Positions 20,137 to 30,657 are shown, counted from the first letter of the stretch. The stretch: DNA of 57,285 nt from Planctomycetota bacterium (GCA_038227875.1 JBBRPR010000055.1:1-57285); one strand, 5' to 3'. Numbers and translations are program-made. The notes: generated by a model not told the origin, from the sequence alone.

Positions 20137-21279
20137 GTGCGAGTCGCCATCGACGGGCTGCATCTCTTCGGCAAATACGCGGGCGTGAAACATTCGCTTG
20201 CCAACCTCGTGACCGCGTTACGTGTCACGGCGCCGCAGGATGAAATCGTCCTCTATGTTCCCAGCGATTTCCAAGGCCCCCCGATTGCCAACGGCGATGC
20301 CGGTTTGCAGATCCGCAAGACGTGGTTTCGCGGCGGCTGGCGCACGATCCGGACGCTGTGGCGCAACTTCCGCCTGCAAAGCCGCGCGTATAAAGAGCAC
20401 TGCGACCTGATTCACGGCCCGACCTACGCGCTGCCCAGCATGCTCTCGAAGCCGGCGGTCGTCACGATTCACGATGTCATCGCCTTATCGCATCCGCTTT
20501 TCTGTACGCCCGGCAGCGCCAAGGTTCAGCGCCGCGCGATCCCGCGGAGCATCAAAGTCGCGCGGCGCGTGATCGTGCCCAGCCTCGCCGCGAAGGAAGA
20601 TCTGCTCCGCAACGTGAAAAATGTCGACGCCAACCGCATCGACGTGATTCCCTGGGGCGTCAGCGCCGACTTCAAACCGCTCGAAACGAGCCAGTACGAG
20701 TCGGCGCGCACGGCGCTGAAGCTGCCGGAGAAGTACGTGCTCTTCGTCGGCAACCTCGAGCCGAAAAAGAATATCCCGATGCTCATCCGCGGCTTTTTCG
20801 CGGCGAAGCTGCACCGCAAACTGCCGCACAAACTCGTGATCGCCGGTCAGCGCGCGTGGGGTCTGGAGAATCTGGAGCGGCTGATCCGCGAACTGAACGC
20901 GCAGGAGTTCGTGCTCTTCACCGACTACGTGCCGCAGGCCGCGTTGCCGGCGCTCTATTCGCTGGCGGACCTGCTGGTGATGCCCTCGCTGATTGAAGGC
21001 TTCGGCATGCCGGTGCTCGAAGCGATGGCCTGCGGTTGTCCGGTGCTGATCAGCACCGACCCGGCGCTGCAGGAAGTTTCGGCGAGCGTCGCGCGCACGA
21101 TTCCCTACGATTCCGAAAAACCGCTGCAGCCGTTGCGTGAGGCGCTCGAAGATCTGCTGATCGACCAGCCCGGTCAGCGCGCCGAGATGTCACGCCGCGG
21201 CATCGAGCGCGCGAAGTTGTTCACGTGGGAGAAGACTGCGCAGTTGACGCGGCAGTCCTACGATAAGGCGCTGAGCTGA
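20137..21279 (+). CDS. Glycosyltransferase family 4 (GT-B)
   Basis: VVTIHD, FVGNLEPKKN, PSLIEGFGMPVLEAMACG, FTWEKTA. Confidence 0.94.
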   Translation: MRVAIDGLHLFGKYAGVKHSLANLVTALRVTAPQDEIVLYVPSDFQGPPIANGDAGLQIRKTWFRGGWRTIRTLWRNFRLQSRAYKEHCDLIHGPTYALPSMLSKPAVVTIHDVIALSHPLFCTPGSAKVQRRAIPRSIKVARRVIVPSLAAKEDLLRNVKNVDANRIDVIPWGVSADFKPLETSQYESARTALKLPEKYVLFVGNLEPKKNIPMLIRGFFAAKLHRKLPHKLVIAGQRAWGLENLERLIRELNAQEFVLFTDYVPQAALPALYSLADLLVMPSLIEGFGMPVLEAMACGCPVLISTDPALQEVSASVARTIPYDSEKPLQPLREALEDLLIDQPGQRAEMSRRGIERAKLFTWEKTAQLTRQSYDKALS

Positions 21280-21281
21280 CG

Positions 21282-22175
21282 CTACCGGCCCTTCAAGCGC
21301 GCGATGATGTCCGCGATTTTCGCGTCGGCGCCGTCCATTGAAATCTGCGCAGTTCCCGCACCACGATGGCCGCCGCCGCCGTACTCCGCCACCAGTCGGC
21401 CGACGTTCAGCGTGCACGGCGTGCCGAAGATGCTGTGTCCGATCGCGACCACCGTCGTGTTGTTGTGGCCGTCGAGCAAGCGCACTTCGACATTGGCTTC
21501 CGGGAATAGTGTGTAGACCACGAAGCGGTTGCCCGCGGGCTTGTCGGTGACGCCGCGCAGATCGGTGATGATGACGTTGCCTTCCACTCGCGCATGCTTT
21601 TTCAGCAGCGCTTTAAAAGCTTCCTGCTCGGTGAGAAACCGCGAGGCGCGTTTTTTTACTTCGGCGTGTTCCAGCACCTTTTCAATCTCGACTTCCTTGA
21701 TGTACTCCACCAGCCAGCGGAAGTACTTCTGGAATTCCGGGCCCAGTCCCGAGCGTGGATCGAGCGTCAGGGCCAGCAGCATGAAGCGCGAGGGGGCGTT
21801 CACTTCTTCGAGGGTGAGATTGGCGCTGTCAAAACGGTCGGTCGACTCCAATAGATCGGCGAAACGTTTGAGCTTGTCGCCATGCTTGGCGGAGTAGTGA
21901 TTGTAAATGACGCGCGCGCAGCTCGGCGCAATCTCGAAGCGGCCTTTGAATGCAAAGTCGCGGCCGACGGTCTCTTCGGAAACATGATGATCGAACCACA
22001 TTCCGCAGCCGAGAATGTACGGCAGATTGACGACGATATCCTCCGCGTCGCAGGTGATTTTGCCGTCCTGGGCGTCCTTGGGATGAACCATGCGCACGTC
22101 ATTGATTGTTTCGACAACCGAAAGCAATACGGTGCTCGTGAGGCCATCGAAATCGCCGCGTGTGACAATTTTCAT
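21282..22175 (-). CDS. DHH/DHHA1-family phosphoesterase (exopolyphosphatase/nanoRNase-like)
   Basis: MKIVTRGDFDG, WFDHH, GGGHRGAG motifs. Confidence 0.88.
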   Translation of the reverse strand: MKIVTRGDFDGLTSTVLLSVVETINDVRMVHPKDAQDGKITCDAEDIVVNLPYILGCGMWFDHHVSEETVGRDFAFKGRFEIAPSCARVIYNHYSAKHGDKLKRFADLLESTDRFDSANLTLEEVNAPSRFMLLALTLDPRSGLGPEFQKYFRWLVEYIKEVEIEKVLEHAEVKKRASRFLTEQEAFKALLKKHARVEGNVIITDLRGVTDKPAGNRFVVYTLFPEANVEVRLLDGHNNTTVVAIGHSIFGTPCTLNVGRLVAEYGGGGHRGAGTAQISMDGADAKIADIIARLKGR

Positions 22176-22321
22176 AGTCTTCCCCCGTGAAAGTCGAACG
22201 AGTCTAACTGTGCCGCGCGGCAATGCAATACGGACGGCACGTGCATTTTTTCGGTGCCAAATCCGCCCTTTTTACTTATCGTCTCTTTATGCCTTCCTTA
22301 CGCCCCGCCAAAGTCATTCCC

Positions 22322-25009
22322 ATGCGTTTCGCCACCAGCGTCGAAGATCAACGCATCATCGATGACTGCGAAGGCAAGGCCGCGTGGAAGCGCTGGGGCA
22401 ATTACGCCAGCGCGCGGCAGTGGGGCACGGTTCGTGAAGATTACAGCACCAACGGCGACGCATGGAATTTTATTCCGCACGATCACGCGCGCAGCCGCGC
22501 GTACCGTTGGGGCGAGGACGGCATCGCCGGCTGGTGCGACGCAGCGCAGTACCTTTGTTTCGCGCCGGCGTTCTGGAACGGCGCCGATCCGATTCTGAAG
22601 GAACGCTTCTTCGGCCTGACCAACAGCGAAGGCAATCACGGCGAGGACGTAAAAGAGTATTATTTCTACATCGACAACACGCCGACCCACAGCTACGCCC
22701 GGGCGCTCTACAAGTATCCGCAACGCGCGTTTCCCTATGAGGAACTGGTCCGCGTCAACCGCGAACGCCAGTCGGATCCCGCCTCGTTTGAATACGAACT
22801 GCTCGACACCGGGATCTTTAACGAGAGCCGCTACTTCGACATCTTCATCGAGTACGCCAAGCACGCGCCGGACACGACGGTCATCCGCATCCGCGCCATC
22901 AACCGCGGTCCGGACGCCGCGCCGCTGTACGTGTTGCCGACGGTGTGGTTTCGGGATATCTGGACATGGCAATCGATTCCGTTAATGCCGCGCATCTCCA
23001 TTCAGGAGCGTCGCGCCACAATGGACGTGCTGCAGATCCAGCATTCGCGGCTCGGATCCAATTTCTATTTTCATGCGCCGACGGCGCGGGAACTGCTCTT
23101 CACCGAAAACGCCACGAACTCGCAACGCCTGTTCGGCACACATAACGGCGAAGCGTTCTGCAAAGACGCGTTTCACGAGTACCTGATCGGCGGCCGCACG
23201 GAGGCCGTCAATCCCGTGCTGGCGGGGAGCAAGGCGTCGCCCCTTTATATGGAGACGCTGGCGCCCGGTGAGGAACGCGTCTGGGATTTTGTGCTGTCGA
23301 ATGAAATCCAGCCCGAAGATTTCAACACCGGCGACGTGATTTTGAAACGCCGCGAAGAATGCGAGGCGTTCTATCGCACCGTCTGCGCGCCACAGGCGAC
23401 GCAAGAAGAAAAGAAGGTCCAGCGGCAGGCCTTCGCCGGAATGCTGTGGAGCAAACAATTCTATTTCATTGATGTCCGCCGCTGGATGGTCGGCGACCCG
23501 CAGTGGACCGAGACCGGCCGCCATCAGCCGCGCCACAACGCGGCGACGCGCAATCGCAAGTGGCCGGATTTGAATCTGCGTGCGGTGCTCGCCGTGCCCG
23601 ACAATTGGGAGTACCCATGGTTCGCAGCGTGGGATCTTTGCTTCCACACGGCGACATTCGCGATGATCGATCCGGATTTCGCGAAAGAACAGTTGTTGCT
23701 GCTGACGTCCGAGGCGCTGCTGCACCGCAACGGACAGATCCCTGCTTACGAATGGGAATTCTCCGACGCCAATCCGCCGGTCATCGCCTGGGCCGCGTGG
23801 AAGGTGTACCGCGTCGGCCAGCGCTATTTCGGCATCGCCGATCGCGATTTTCTTGAGCGCATGTTTCAGAAGTTGCTGCTCAATTTCGGATGGTGGGTCA
23901 ACCGCCAGGACCGCAACGACAGCAATATTTTCGAAGGCGGATTCCTCGGCCTCGATAACGTCTCCATCTTTGATCGGAGCGAGCAGCTGCCGGGCGGCGG
24001 GTCGCTCGAACAGGCCGACGGCACCGCATGGATGGGCGTCTTCGCGCTGAACATGATGCGCATCGCGTTCGAACTGGCGCTCGACGATCCCGTCTACGAA
24101 GACATGGCGACAAAGTTCTTCGAGCACTTCATGGAGCTGGCCGATTCCATCAACCGGAGCTGCAGCAATTCCACGGGCGGACTGACCGGCCTGTGGGACG
24201 AGCAGGACGAATTCTACTACGATCAGCTCCGCTATCCCGACGGCCGCACCACGCCGCTGCGCGTGCGGTCGCTCGTCGGCCTGCTGCCGATGATCGCGTC
24301 GGAGATCATCGACCAGAAGGATCTTGAGCAGCTCCCGAGCTTCAAGACGCGCTACGACTGGTTCATCAAGAACCGCCCGGTGCTCGCGCGCAACATTCTC
24401 ACCACGTACGACTACGGCGGGAAGCGCCGCATCCTGCTGAGCATCGTCGGCGAAAAACGATTGCGGAAAGTGCTGCACAAACTGCTCGACGAGAAGGAAT
24501 TCCTGAGCCCGCATGGCCTGCGCTCGCTCTCGAAATACCACGAGCAGCATCCGTACGTGCTGGACATGGAAGGCGGCGAGCGCAGTGTGCGCTACGAGCC
24601 GGCCGAAGCGCAGGTGAAGTTGAAGGGCGGAAATTCAAACTGGCGCGGGCCGATCTGGTTTCCGACGAGTTGCATGATTCTCGACGCGCTGCTGGTCTAT
24701 CACCGTTTTATCGGCGACACGATCCGCTTCCAGTTTCCCGCGGAGACCGGCTTCCCCATGTCCTGTGGCCAGATCGCGCATGAAATCGCCGCGCGCATGG
24801 TCGGCATCTTCGTGCCGGGCCCGGATGGCGCACGCCCGTGCTTCGGCGCCGTCGCGGAATTTCGCGACGATCCGCACTGGAAGGAATACGTGTTATTTTT
24901 CGAATACTTCCACGGCGACAACGGTGCGGGCTTGGGCGCCACGCATCAGACCGGCTGGACGGGCCTGGTCGCGAATGTGATCAACCACAAGTACGGCTAC
25001 AAGCTTTGA
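22322..25009 (+). CDS. GH63 / MGH1-like glycoside hydrolase
   Basis: RQWGTVREDYS, PDNWEYPWFAAWD, GGFLGLDN, NSNWRGPIWFP, FFEYFHGDNGAGLGATHQTGWT. Confidence 0.92.
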   Translation: MRFATSVEDQRIIDDCEGKAAWKRWGNYASARQWGTVREDYSTNGDAWNFIPHDHARSRAYRWGEDGIAGWCDAAQYLCFAPAFWNGADPILKERFFGLTNSEGNHGEDVKEYYFYIDNTPTHSYARALYKYPQRAFPYEELVRVNRERQSDPASFEYELLDTGIFNESRYFDIFIEYAKHAPDTTVIRIRAINRGPDAAPLYVLPTVWFRDIWTWQSIPLMPRISIQERRATMDVLQIQHSRLGSNFYFHAPTARELLFTENATNSQRLFGTHNGEAFCKDAFHEYLIGGRTEAVNPVLAGSKASPLYMETLAPGEERVWDFVLSNEIQPEDFNTGDVILKRREECEAFYRTVCAPQATQEEKKVQRQAFAGMLWSKQFYFIDVRRWMVGDPQWTETGRHQPRHNAATRNRKWPDLNLRAVLAVPDNWEYPWFAAWDLCFHTATFAMIDPDFAKEQLLLLTSEALLHRNGQIPAYEWEFSDANPPVIAWAAWKVYRVGQRYFGIADRDFLERMFQKLLLNFGWWVNRQDRNDSNIFEGGFLGLDNVSIFDRSEQLPGGGSLEQADGTAWMGVFALNMMRIAFELALDDPVYEDMATKFFEHFMELADSINRSCSNSTGGLTGLWDEQDEFYYDQLRYPDGRTTPLRVRSLVGLLPMIASEIIDQKDLEQLPSFKTRYDWFIKNRPVLARNILTTYDYGGKRRILLSIVGEKRLRKVLHKLLDEKEFLSPHGLRSLSKYHEQHPYVLDMEGGERSVRYEPAEAQVKLKGGNSNWRGPIWFPTSCMILDALLVYHRFIGDTIRFQFPAETGFPMSCGQIAHEIAARMVGIFVPGPDGARPCFGAVAEFRDDPHWKEYVLFFEYFHGDNGAGLGATHQTGWTGLVANVINHKYGYKL

Positions 25010-25093
25010 CGCTGCTCCCGCCGTTTTCAGAAGCATGCGTCGGGAAATGCCAACCGGTTTCGCTTCGTTTTCAATGCGCGCCGACCGGCGCTA

Positions 25094-26896
25094 CTATTTC
25101 TTTTTCTTGTTCTCAACCGGCAGCGTCGCGCCGAACATTCCGGCGGCGATCTGGGCTATGGCGTCGGTTTCCAGGAAGCCGAGATGGCCGCCGCTCTTCT
25201 GCAGAATCAGTTTCGCGCCGGTTTTGATTTTGGATAGCGCGTCAATGGAACCGGGAACGTTGAGCGGATCGTTCTGCGCGATGACGATCTGGACCTTGTC
25301 GCTGAGTTGCGGCAGCAGTTGGCTGAGTTCCCCCATCGCCAGCAGGTCTTCGGCCGACACGCGGGAGGTGCCGTGCCAGTACGGCGCCAGCCACGAAGCG
25401 AAGAACGCGCGGAACGACACGGAACTCGCTTCGCTTTCGCGGTCCATGATCGCGGCCTGACCGTCGCCGAGATAGTTGGTCTCCAGCGCCGACGCGCGGT
25501 TTTTCTTGATCGTGTTGAAGTAGATCCGGTCCACAGACTCCACGGTTTCGGGCAGGTCCAGCCGGAAGCTGCGGCCGATCACCTTCTGCAGCATCTCGAC
25601 GGTGGTGTCGTCGGGCATCGCCTGATGGCGTTTATTGGCTTTCAGCACGATCGGAATGATGGTGTCGTACGAGTAGGGCTGCGCTTCGAATTCATCAAGG
25701 ATGCGAAACGCGTTCTGGAAGCTGACGGGAATCGAATACACCTGCACGCGCGCGAGTTTGAACGGCAACTGTTTCGACTGATCGAGCAGCGCCATCTGCA
25801 GCGCCACCGCGCCGCCGTAGCTCAAACCCACCACGCCAATATCGGAGACTTTATCGCTGATGCCTGGCTGCTTGAGGAACATGCTGACGATGCGTCCGGC
25901 GATTTCGGCTTCGGCTTTGAAATTGCCCGGTGCGCCATACTGCGTTTCGAGCAGGAAGCGCCTCGAGAAAAACGAATCGAACGTCACCACGTTGTAGCCG
26001 GCGCGGATGTACGTGCTTTCCAGCATTTCGGCGTAGAGGTTCTGCGCTTTGCTGAACGTGCCGTTGACGATGATCACCAGCGGCCGGGGCTGGGGCTGCA
26101 GAAAGTACTGAATTTCCATCGGCGCTTTGGCGCCGGTCAGCAGGACTTTCATTTCCATCAGTGGCGGATGGTCGACTTTGCGCAGGCCGGCGGTGATCGT
26201 CTCCCAAAGGCCCTGCATCTGCGCGGCGCGGTCCTGCTCGGCCTGCGCCGGCGTCACGGTCTGATACTGCGCGGGCTCGGCCTTCAATTCCGCGGTGCGC
26301 TTGTCGGCGGCGGCGGCCTCCGCAGCCTGCTTCTGCTCGGCCGCGGCTTGTGCTTCAGCCGCGGCTTTGCGGTCGGCGGCGGCCTTGACTTCGTCGACGG
26401 TTTTCGCGACCGTTTCAAGTTGCGCCAGCGCCACCGTGGACGCGCGCCGGGCTTCCGCGGTTTCCGCACGCGCCAGTTCTGCCTGGTGCAGCGCGTCGTT
26501 CTTTGCTTTGCTCTCCGCGACGGCGCGGCCTTCCGCTTCGTCCAGACTGTGCTGCAACTCCGCACGCGCTTTTTCGTGCTCGGCGGCTTCGAGTTTCTTC
26601 TCGTCCGCCGCGCGTTCCATAGTCGCCGTCGCTTCTTTCAGCGCGGCTTCCAAGCGCGTCTTTTCGCCGCTTAAAGCAACCTGCGCTGCTTTTTCAGTCG
26701 CGATCTGCGCGGTGAGTTCGCGGTTGGCGCTATACTGTTGAAATCCAAGCACGGCCGCGCTCACAAAGGCGAGGCTGGCAGCTATAAACGATATATTCGC
26801 GGATTTTCGCGGAGTAGACGCGGCTTGGTGCCCGATGCTCGTCGCCTCAAACGGGGCAGCGGAGGCTGAGGCGGACTCCAGAGGTGCTTCGGACAT
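25094..26896 (-). CDS. Membrane-anchored coiled-coil + alpha/beta-hydrolase protein
   Basis: N-terminal hydrophobic helix, ~150-aa Ala/Glu/Lys/Gln coiled coil, GLSYG nucleophile elbow, NDP, GGHLG. Confidence 0.75.
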   Translation of the reverse strand: MSEAPLESASASAAPFEATSIGHQAASTPRKSANISFIAASLAFVSAAVLGFQQYSANRELTAQIATEKAAQVALSGEKTRLEAALKEATATMERAADEKKLEAAEHEKARAELQHSLDEAEGRAVAESKAKNDALHQAELARAETAEARRASTVALAQLETVAKTVDEVKAAADRKAAAEAQAAAEQKQAAEAAAADKRTAELKAEPAQYQTVTPAQAEQDRAAQMQGLWETITAGLRKVDHPPLMEMKVLLTGAKAPMEIQYFLQPQPRPLVIIVNGTFSKAQNLYAEMLESTYIRAGYNVVTFDSFFSRRFLLETQYGAPGNFKAEAEIAGRIVSMFLKQPGISDKVSDIGVVGLSYGGAVALQMALLDQSKQLPFKLARVQVYSIPVSFQNAFRILDEFEAQPYSYDTIIPIVLKANKRHQAMPDDTTVEMLQKVIGRSFRLDLPETVESVDRIYFNTIKKNRASALETNYLGDGQAAIMDRESEASSVSFRAFFASWLAPYWHGTSRVSAEDLLAMGELSQLLPQLSDKVQIVIAQNDPLNVPGSIDALSKIKTGAKLILQKSGGHLGFLETDAIAQIAAGMFGATLPVENKKKK

Positions 26897-27013
26897 GGCT
26901 CTCGTCTCGAACTGATCTCAATTGCGCTTAAGGGGGACGTTAGTTAGTAAGCTTTTTATTCGCAAGGTTTCAAAAATTATCAAAAATACGTCGCTATTTT
27001 GGGCTCACCGTAC

Positions 27014-28603
27014 TTACTGCACATCCCACATGGCAATCGGCGGGCTGTGAATGACTGAGACCGTCGCGCTCGGTCCGTGTTTGGTCTTGCCCATGCGAAT
27101 GGCTTCCTCGACGGTTGGCGCGATCAGCCAGCCCAGGCGCGCGGCGGCTTCGGTGCTCGTCGGATTGACCGAGATCACCTGCCCGCAGTGGTCCATGCCA
27201 TGGCAGCCCCAATTCCACATCGAGACGGCGTGAAAACCATGGTACGCGTTGTTGAAGCGGTACGCCTTGATGTAGCGTTCGTCGAGCGCCATCTTTTCGG
27301 AGAGTTGCGAATCGATTTCGTACGGGTCGCGCGTGTTCTTCAGATGCTCAAACAACTCCACGTAACTGGGATGATGGATCGTGTTGAATTTATTTTCGAG
27401 CGGATGGATGAAGATCATCGTCCCGCCCTTCTTCACGATCGGTTTGTTGCGGTAGAAATTGAACATGTAGCCCAGCCCCATCGCGTAGACGAGAATGGGA
27501 TTCATGATCGAGTACACGCTGTAGGGCATCACGTAGGGAATCGGGCAGACGACGATGTCCGACTGGCCCTCGATCTGGATCAACTGCTGCTTGTAGACGC
27601 TTTCCAGCGTTTTTTGGTGAACCGGTTCGGTGTCGCCGGCCTGGATGCTCGTCACGCCATAGGGCGCTTTCACGGAGAAGAAAATCGAGCGGTTAAGCGA
27701 GAGCGGCGTACAGTCGAGAAAGTGCTTGTTGACCCGTGCGGCGACCTTCTCCACAAACGACCACGACGTTTCCTGCTTCTGCATGTAGCCCAAGTGCCAT
27801 GGAAACGTGTTCGTGTTGACGGTCGTCTCGATGTGGAAAATCTTGACGTGCTTCTTGACGTACTTGCCGATGCGGTCCATCGCGTGATGCATCTTGCTGC
27901 GCGGCGGATCGTTGAAGCTGCGCGAATGGATCTGGTGGTCGCAATTGTGATTCGAACGCACGCAGCGGTACGTGGCGAGGCCTACGCCGACGGATTTGTG
28001 GCCGCCGTTCAACGCGATCATGTTCAAGTTCACGTAGATCAGCAGGTCGGACGTCGCGGAGCGCTTGTGGATCTCGACGATTTCCTTGTGGTCGGTGTGG
28101 CCGAGGACGATGTTGTCGTCCTTGTCTTCCGCGTCGTAATTGTAGAGCGTCCGCTTTTTCCAATGCGCGTTGAAGATCTTGTTGCCGACAAGCTCCCGCA
28201 CTTCCCAGTCGTGCATGTGGCGGTGCAGGCAGACGGCGACGACCAGATGCACATCCGAAACGCCGGCCGCCGCCAAGCGCTCGAGTAGCACGTCGATCAT
28301 CACCTGGCGGCAATCGGGGGCGCGCATGACGGGCAGCGAGAGCGAAATGTCGTCGAACGCGATCGTGACCTTCATGCCCGGCTTGAGGTGCGCGCGGAGC
28401 GGGTCCATGCCGATGGGATTGTCGATCGCCCGCTCGACTTCGGCGCGGAGATTCTCAAAACCCGGAAGCGGCGGCCGTGGATAGAGCACGCGCGTGCCCG
28501 CCGGAACCTTGGCGTAGACAAAGCGCTCTCCGTTGGAGAGAAAGAGCGGTCCGTCGCTGTGTTCGACGAGTTTGACCAGGCCTTCGGAGTCGACGTTTTG
28601 CAT
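27014..28603 (-). CDS. Lactate racemase (LarA/DUF2088)-like protein, ElbC-like
   Basis: AIDNPIG..PL, VTIAFDD, VAVCLHRHM, GGHKS...SNH pattern of the LarA N-terminal domain; operon with ElbD-like gene. Confidence 0.8.
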   Translation of the reverse strand: MQNVDSEGLVKLVEHSDGPLFLSNGERFVYAKVPAGTRVLYPRPPLPGFENLRAEVERAIDNPIGMDPLRAHLKPGMKVTIAFDDISLSLPVMRAPDCRQVMIDVLLERLAAAGVSDVHLVVAVCLHRHMHDWEVRELVGNKIFNAHWKKRTLYNYDAEDKDDNIVLGHTDHKEIVEIHKRSATSDLLIYVNLNMIALNGGHKSVGVGLATYRCVRSNHNCDHQIHSRSFNDPPRSKMHHAMDRIGKYVKKHVKIFHIETTVNTNTFPWHLGYMQKQETSWSFVEKVAARVNKHFLDCTPLSLNRSIFFSVKAPYGVTSIQAGDTEPVHQKTLESVYKQQLIQIEGQSDIVVCPIPYVMPYSVYSIMNPILVYAMGLGYMFNFYRNKPIVKKGGTMIFIHPLENKFNTIHHPSYVELFEHLKNTRDPYEIDSQLSEKMALDERYIKAYRFNNAYHGFHAVSMWNWGCHGMDHCGQVISVNPTSTEAAARLGWLIAPTVEEAIRMGKTKHGPSATVSVIHSPPIAMWDVQ

Positions 28604-28608
28604 GGGAA

Positions 28609-29070
28609 TTAGTACGGTATCTTTCCGATGAGTTTCCGCAATGCCGTCTGCTGTTTTTTATCCATGCATTCGTGCGGCTCGAACTTCACATCGACACGTT
28701 TGAGGATGAGGTAGCGGGACAGACCGAAACCGCTCACAATTTTCTTGATCTCCACTTCCTGCGAAAGCCCCTTGGGGAAATCGTCGCCGTGGTAGATGCC
28801 ATAGCGTCCCTCGTCCAGCAGCACGCGGCCGCGCGGCATCGAAGCTAGTAGTTCCGACAATTTTCTTCGCTTTCTCTCATTCAATTTGTACCAATCCATG
28901 AGCATGGGCACGACCGTTTTTTTCCAGTATTCAAAATGCGACGGTTCACCGTCGAGCTCATAAACCATGTGCCAAATTGGTCGCAGATAGATGTAGGACC
29001 AGATGCCTTCTGTAGCGGGACGCGCGTGGATTTCACGGACGCCACATTGCTCACTCCGACGGCTCTTCAA
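28609..29070 (-). CDS. Hypothetical protein (start uncertain)
   Basis: ORF fills the gap in the operon; stop 5 nt before next start; appears more AT-rich than neighbours. Confidence 0.6.
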   Translation of the reverse strand: MKSRRSEQCGVREIHARPATEGIWSYIYLRPIWHMVYELDGEPSHFEYWKKTVVPMLMDWYKLNERKRRKLSELLASMPRGRVLLDEGRYGIYHGDDFPKGLSQEVEIKKIVSGFGLSRYLILKRVDVKFEPHECMDKKQQTALRKLIGKIPY

Positions 29071-29404
29071 AATGCTTCGGCGTACCCAGCGCTTCGCAGT
29101 AGCCTTCCTTGAAATTGTAGTGCTCCTGGTACTGATTCGAAAACGTCTGCCGGAATTTTATGTTGCGGTGGTGGTCGCTCTTCGCTTTGAATCGCCCTGT
29201 CTTGATCGCCCATTCGTAGACCGGCTGATCCAGTTCGAATGCCGTCAGCGCGCCGGTCAGCGTTTCATCATGAATGTATTTGTGCGCGGCGTCGAACGTC
29301 GTCCAGATGGCCATGGGATTGGTCCCGCGTTCGCCCATGAACACCCAGACTTTCATGCCGCCGTACATTTCCGGAACTTCTTCGTCGTGCTTTTTTCGAG
29401 CCAT
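29051..29404 (-). CDS. Small conserved-looking hypothetical protein (VWVF.G...LTGALT..VYEWAI...QEHY.F.EG)
   Basis: Starts 2 nt after the dehydrogenase stop; globular aromatic-rich sequence. Confidence 0.72.
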   Translation of the reverse strand: MARKKHDEEVPEMYGGMKVWVFMGERGTNPMAIWTTFDAAHKYIHDETLTGALTAFELDQPVYEWAIKTGRFKAKSDHHRNIKFRQTFSNQYQEHYNFKEGYCEALGTPKHFEEPSE

Positions 29405-29406
29405 TG

Positions 29407-30657
29407 CTACTGCACCTCAAAAACAGTTTTGAACGCGCCTGTCTGACCCGCGTGATAGGCGCTTTCCAGCGCTGAGCGGTAAGCCTGCAGCGGAAACTTG
29501 CGGTTCACCAGCGGCTTCAGCCGGCCACCGCTGCTGACGAGAAAATCGAGCGCCATCTGCATCGTCCGCGTCTTTGTCTCGCCGACGTGCTCGAATCCGT
29601 ACGCATACGCGCCCTGCAAGTTCAGCTCTTTATACCAGAGACTGGTCCAGTCCACCCCGTGCGGAATTCCCGGCATGCCGGCGAGCACGATCAGGCCGCG
29701 CGGCCGCGTCAGGCGCATCGCGTCGTCGATCGACGCGCTCGAGCCGACGCAGTCGATCACCGCGTCCGCGCCGCCGAGCACCACGGGTTTGCCGATCTCC
29801 GGCTGGTACACGGCCGGAGGTGAAACGGACGGGTCGGTGCGCTCCAGCAGCCAGCGGTAAAATGCGTCGCCGGAACGGCCGCGATAAATCTCCGTTGCGC
29901 CGAAGGCCGTCGCCATCTCCGCCTGATGCGCATACCGCGCCGACGCGAGAATGCGGCCCTGCCCGCCGGCCGCGCGGTAGGCGTAAATCGTGAGCAGACC
30001 GATCGAGCCGCAGCCGAGCACCAGGATCGTCGCATCTTTTTCGCGCGGCGCTTTCAACGCGGCGTGAATGGCGCACGCGAAGGGTTCGGCGATCACGGCC
30101 TCTTCGTCGCTGAGCGTTTCCGGGACCGCGTGCAGTTGCGAATGATGAACGACGACCGACGCGGCGCTCCACCCGCCACCGGTGCTGCTGCAGTAACCGG
30201 TCTGAATTCCGCCCTTGATCGTGCCTTTCAGAATGTTCTCGCAATGCGCGAAGTGACCTTTGGCGCACGGTCGGCAGGGTGGGTTGATGCCGCGAACTTC
30301 GCAGCACAACGCCGGCTCAACGGTCACGCGCACGCCGGCCTTCCACTGCGCCGGGACGTTCGATCCGGTCTCGACGATGTTCCCGACGATTTCATGCCCA
30401 AGCACAAATGGCGTCGAGACGAACGGTGAAAAATACGGGCTGCCCTTGCAGCCGATCGCCGACAGATCCGACCCGCACACGCCACTCAGCCGTGTTTGGA
30501 TGCGCACCCAGTCGGACGCCGGCAGGGGCGGTGGCGGCAGATCGACGAGCTCGATGCACGACAACGCTCCGCTTGCCGCCGCCGACCAGCGGGACGACAT
30601 CGCGCGCACAAACAGCCAGCGCGGCACGGAACGGAAGAATTGAATCGCTTGAGGCAT
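29407..30657 (-). CDS. Zinc-dependent alcohol dehydrogenase (MDR family)
   Basis: GVCGSD, LGHEIVG, CC...C..C...C structural zinc, EPFACAIH, GCGSIG. Confidence 0.92.
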   Translation of the reverse strand: MPQAIQFFRSVPRWLFVRAMSSRWSAAASGALSCIELVDLPPPPLPASDWVRIQTRLSGVCGSDLSAIGCKGSPYFSPFVSTPFVLGHEIVGNIVETGSNVPAQWKAGVRVTVEPALCCEVRGINPPCRPCAKGHFAHCENILKGTIKGGIQTGYCSSTGGGWSAASVVVHHSQLHAVPETLSDEEAVIAEPFACAIHAALKAPREKDATILVLGCGSIGLLTIYAYRAAGGQGRILASARYAHQAEMATAFGATEIYRGRSGDAFYRWLLERTDPSVSPPAVYQPEIGKPVVLGGADAVIDCVGSSASIDDAMRLTRPRGLIVLAGMPGIPHGVDWTSLWYKELNLQGAYAYGFEHVGETKTRTMQMALDFLVSSGGRLKPLVNRKFPLQAYRSALESAYHAGQTGAFKTVFEVQ

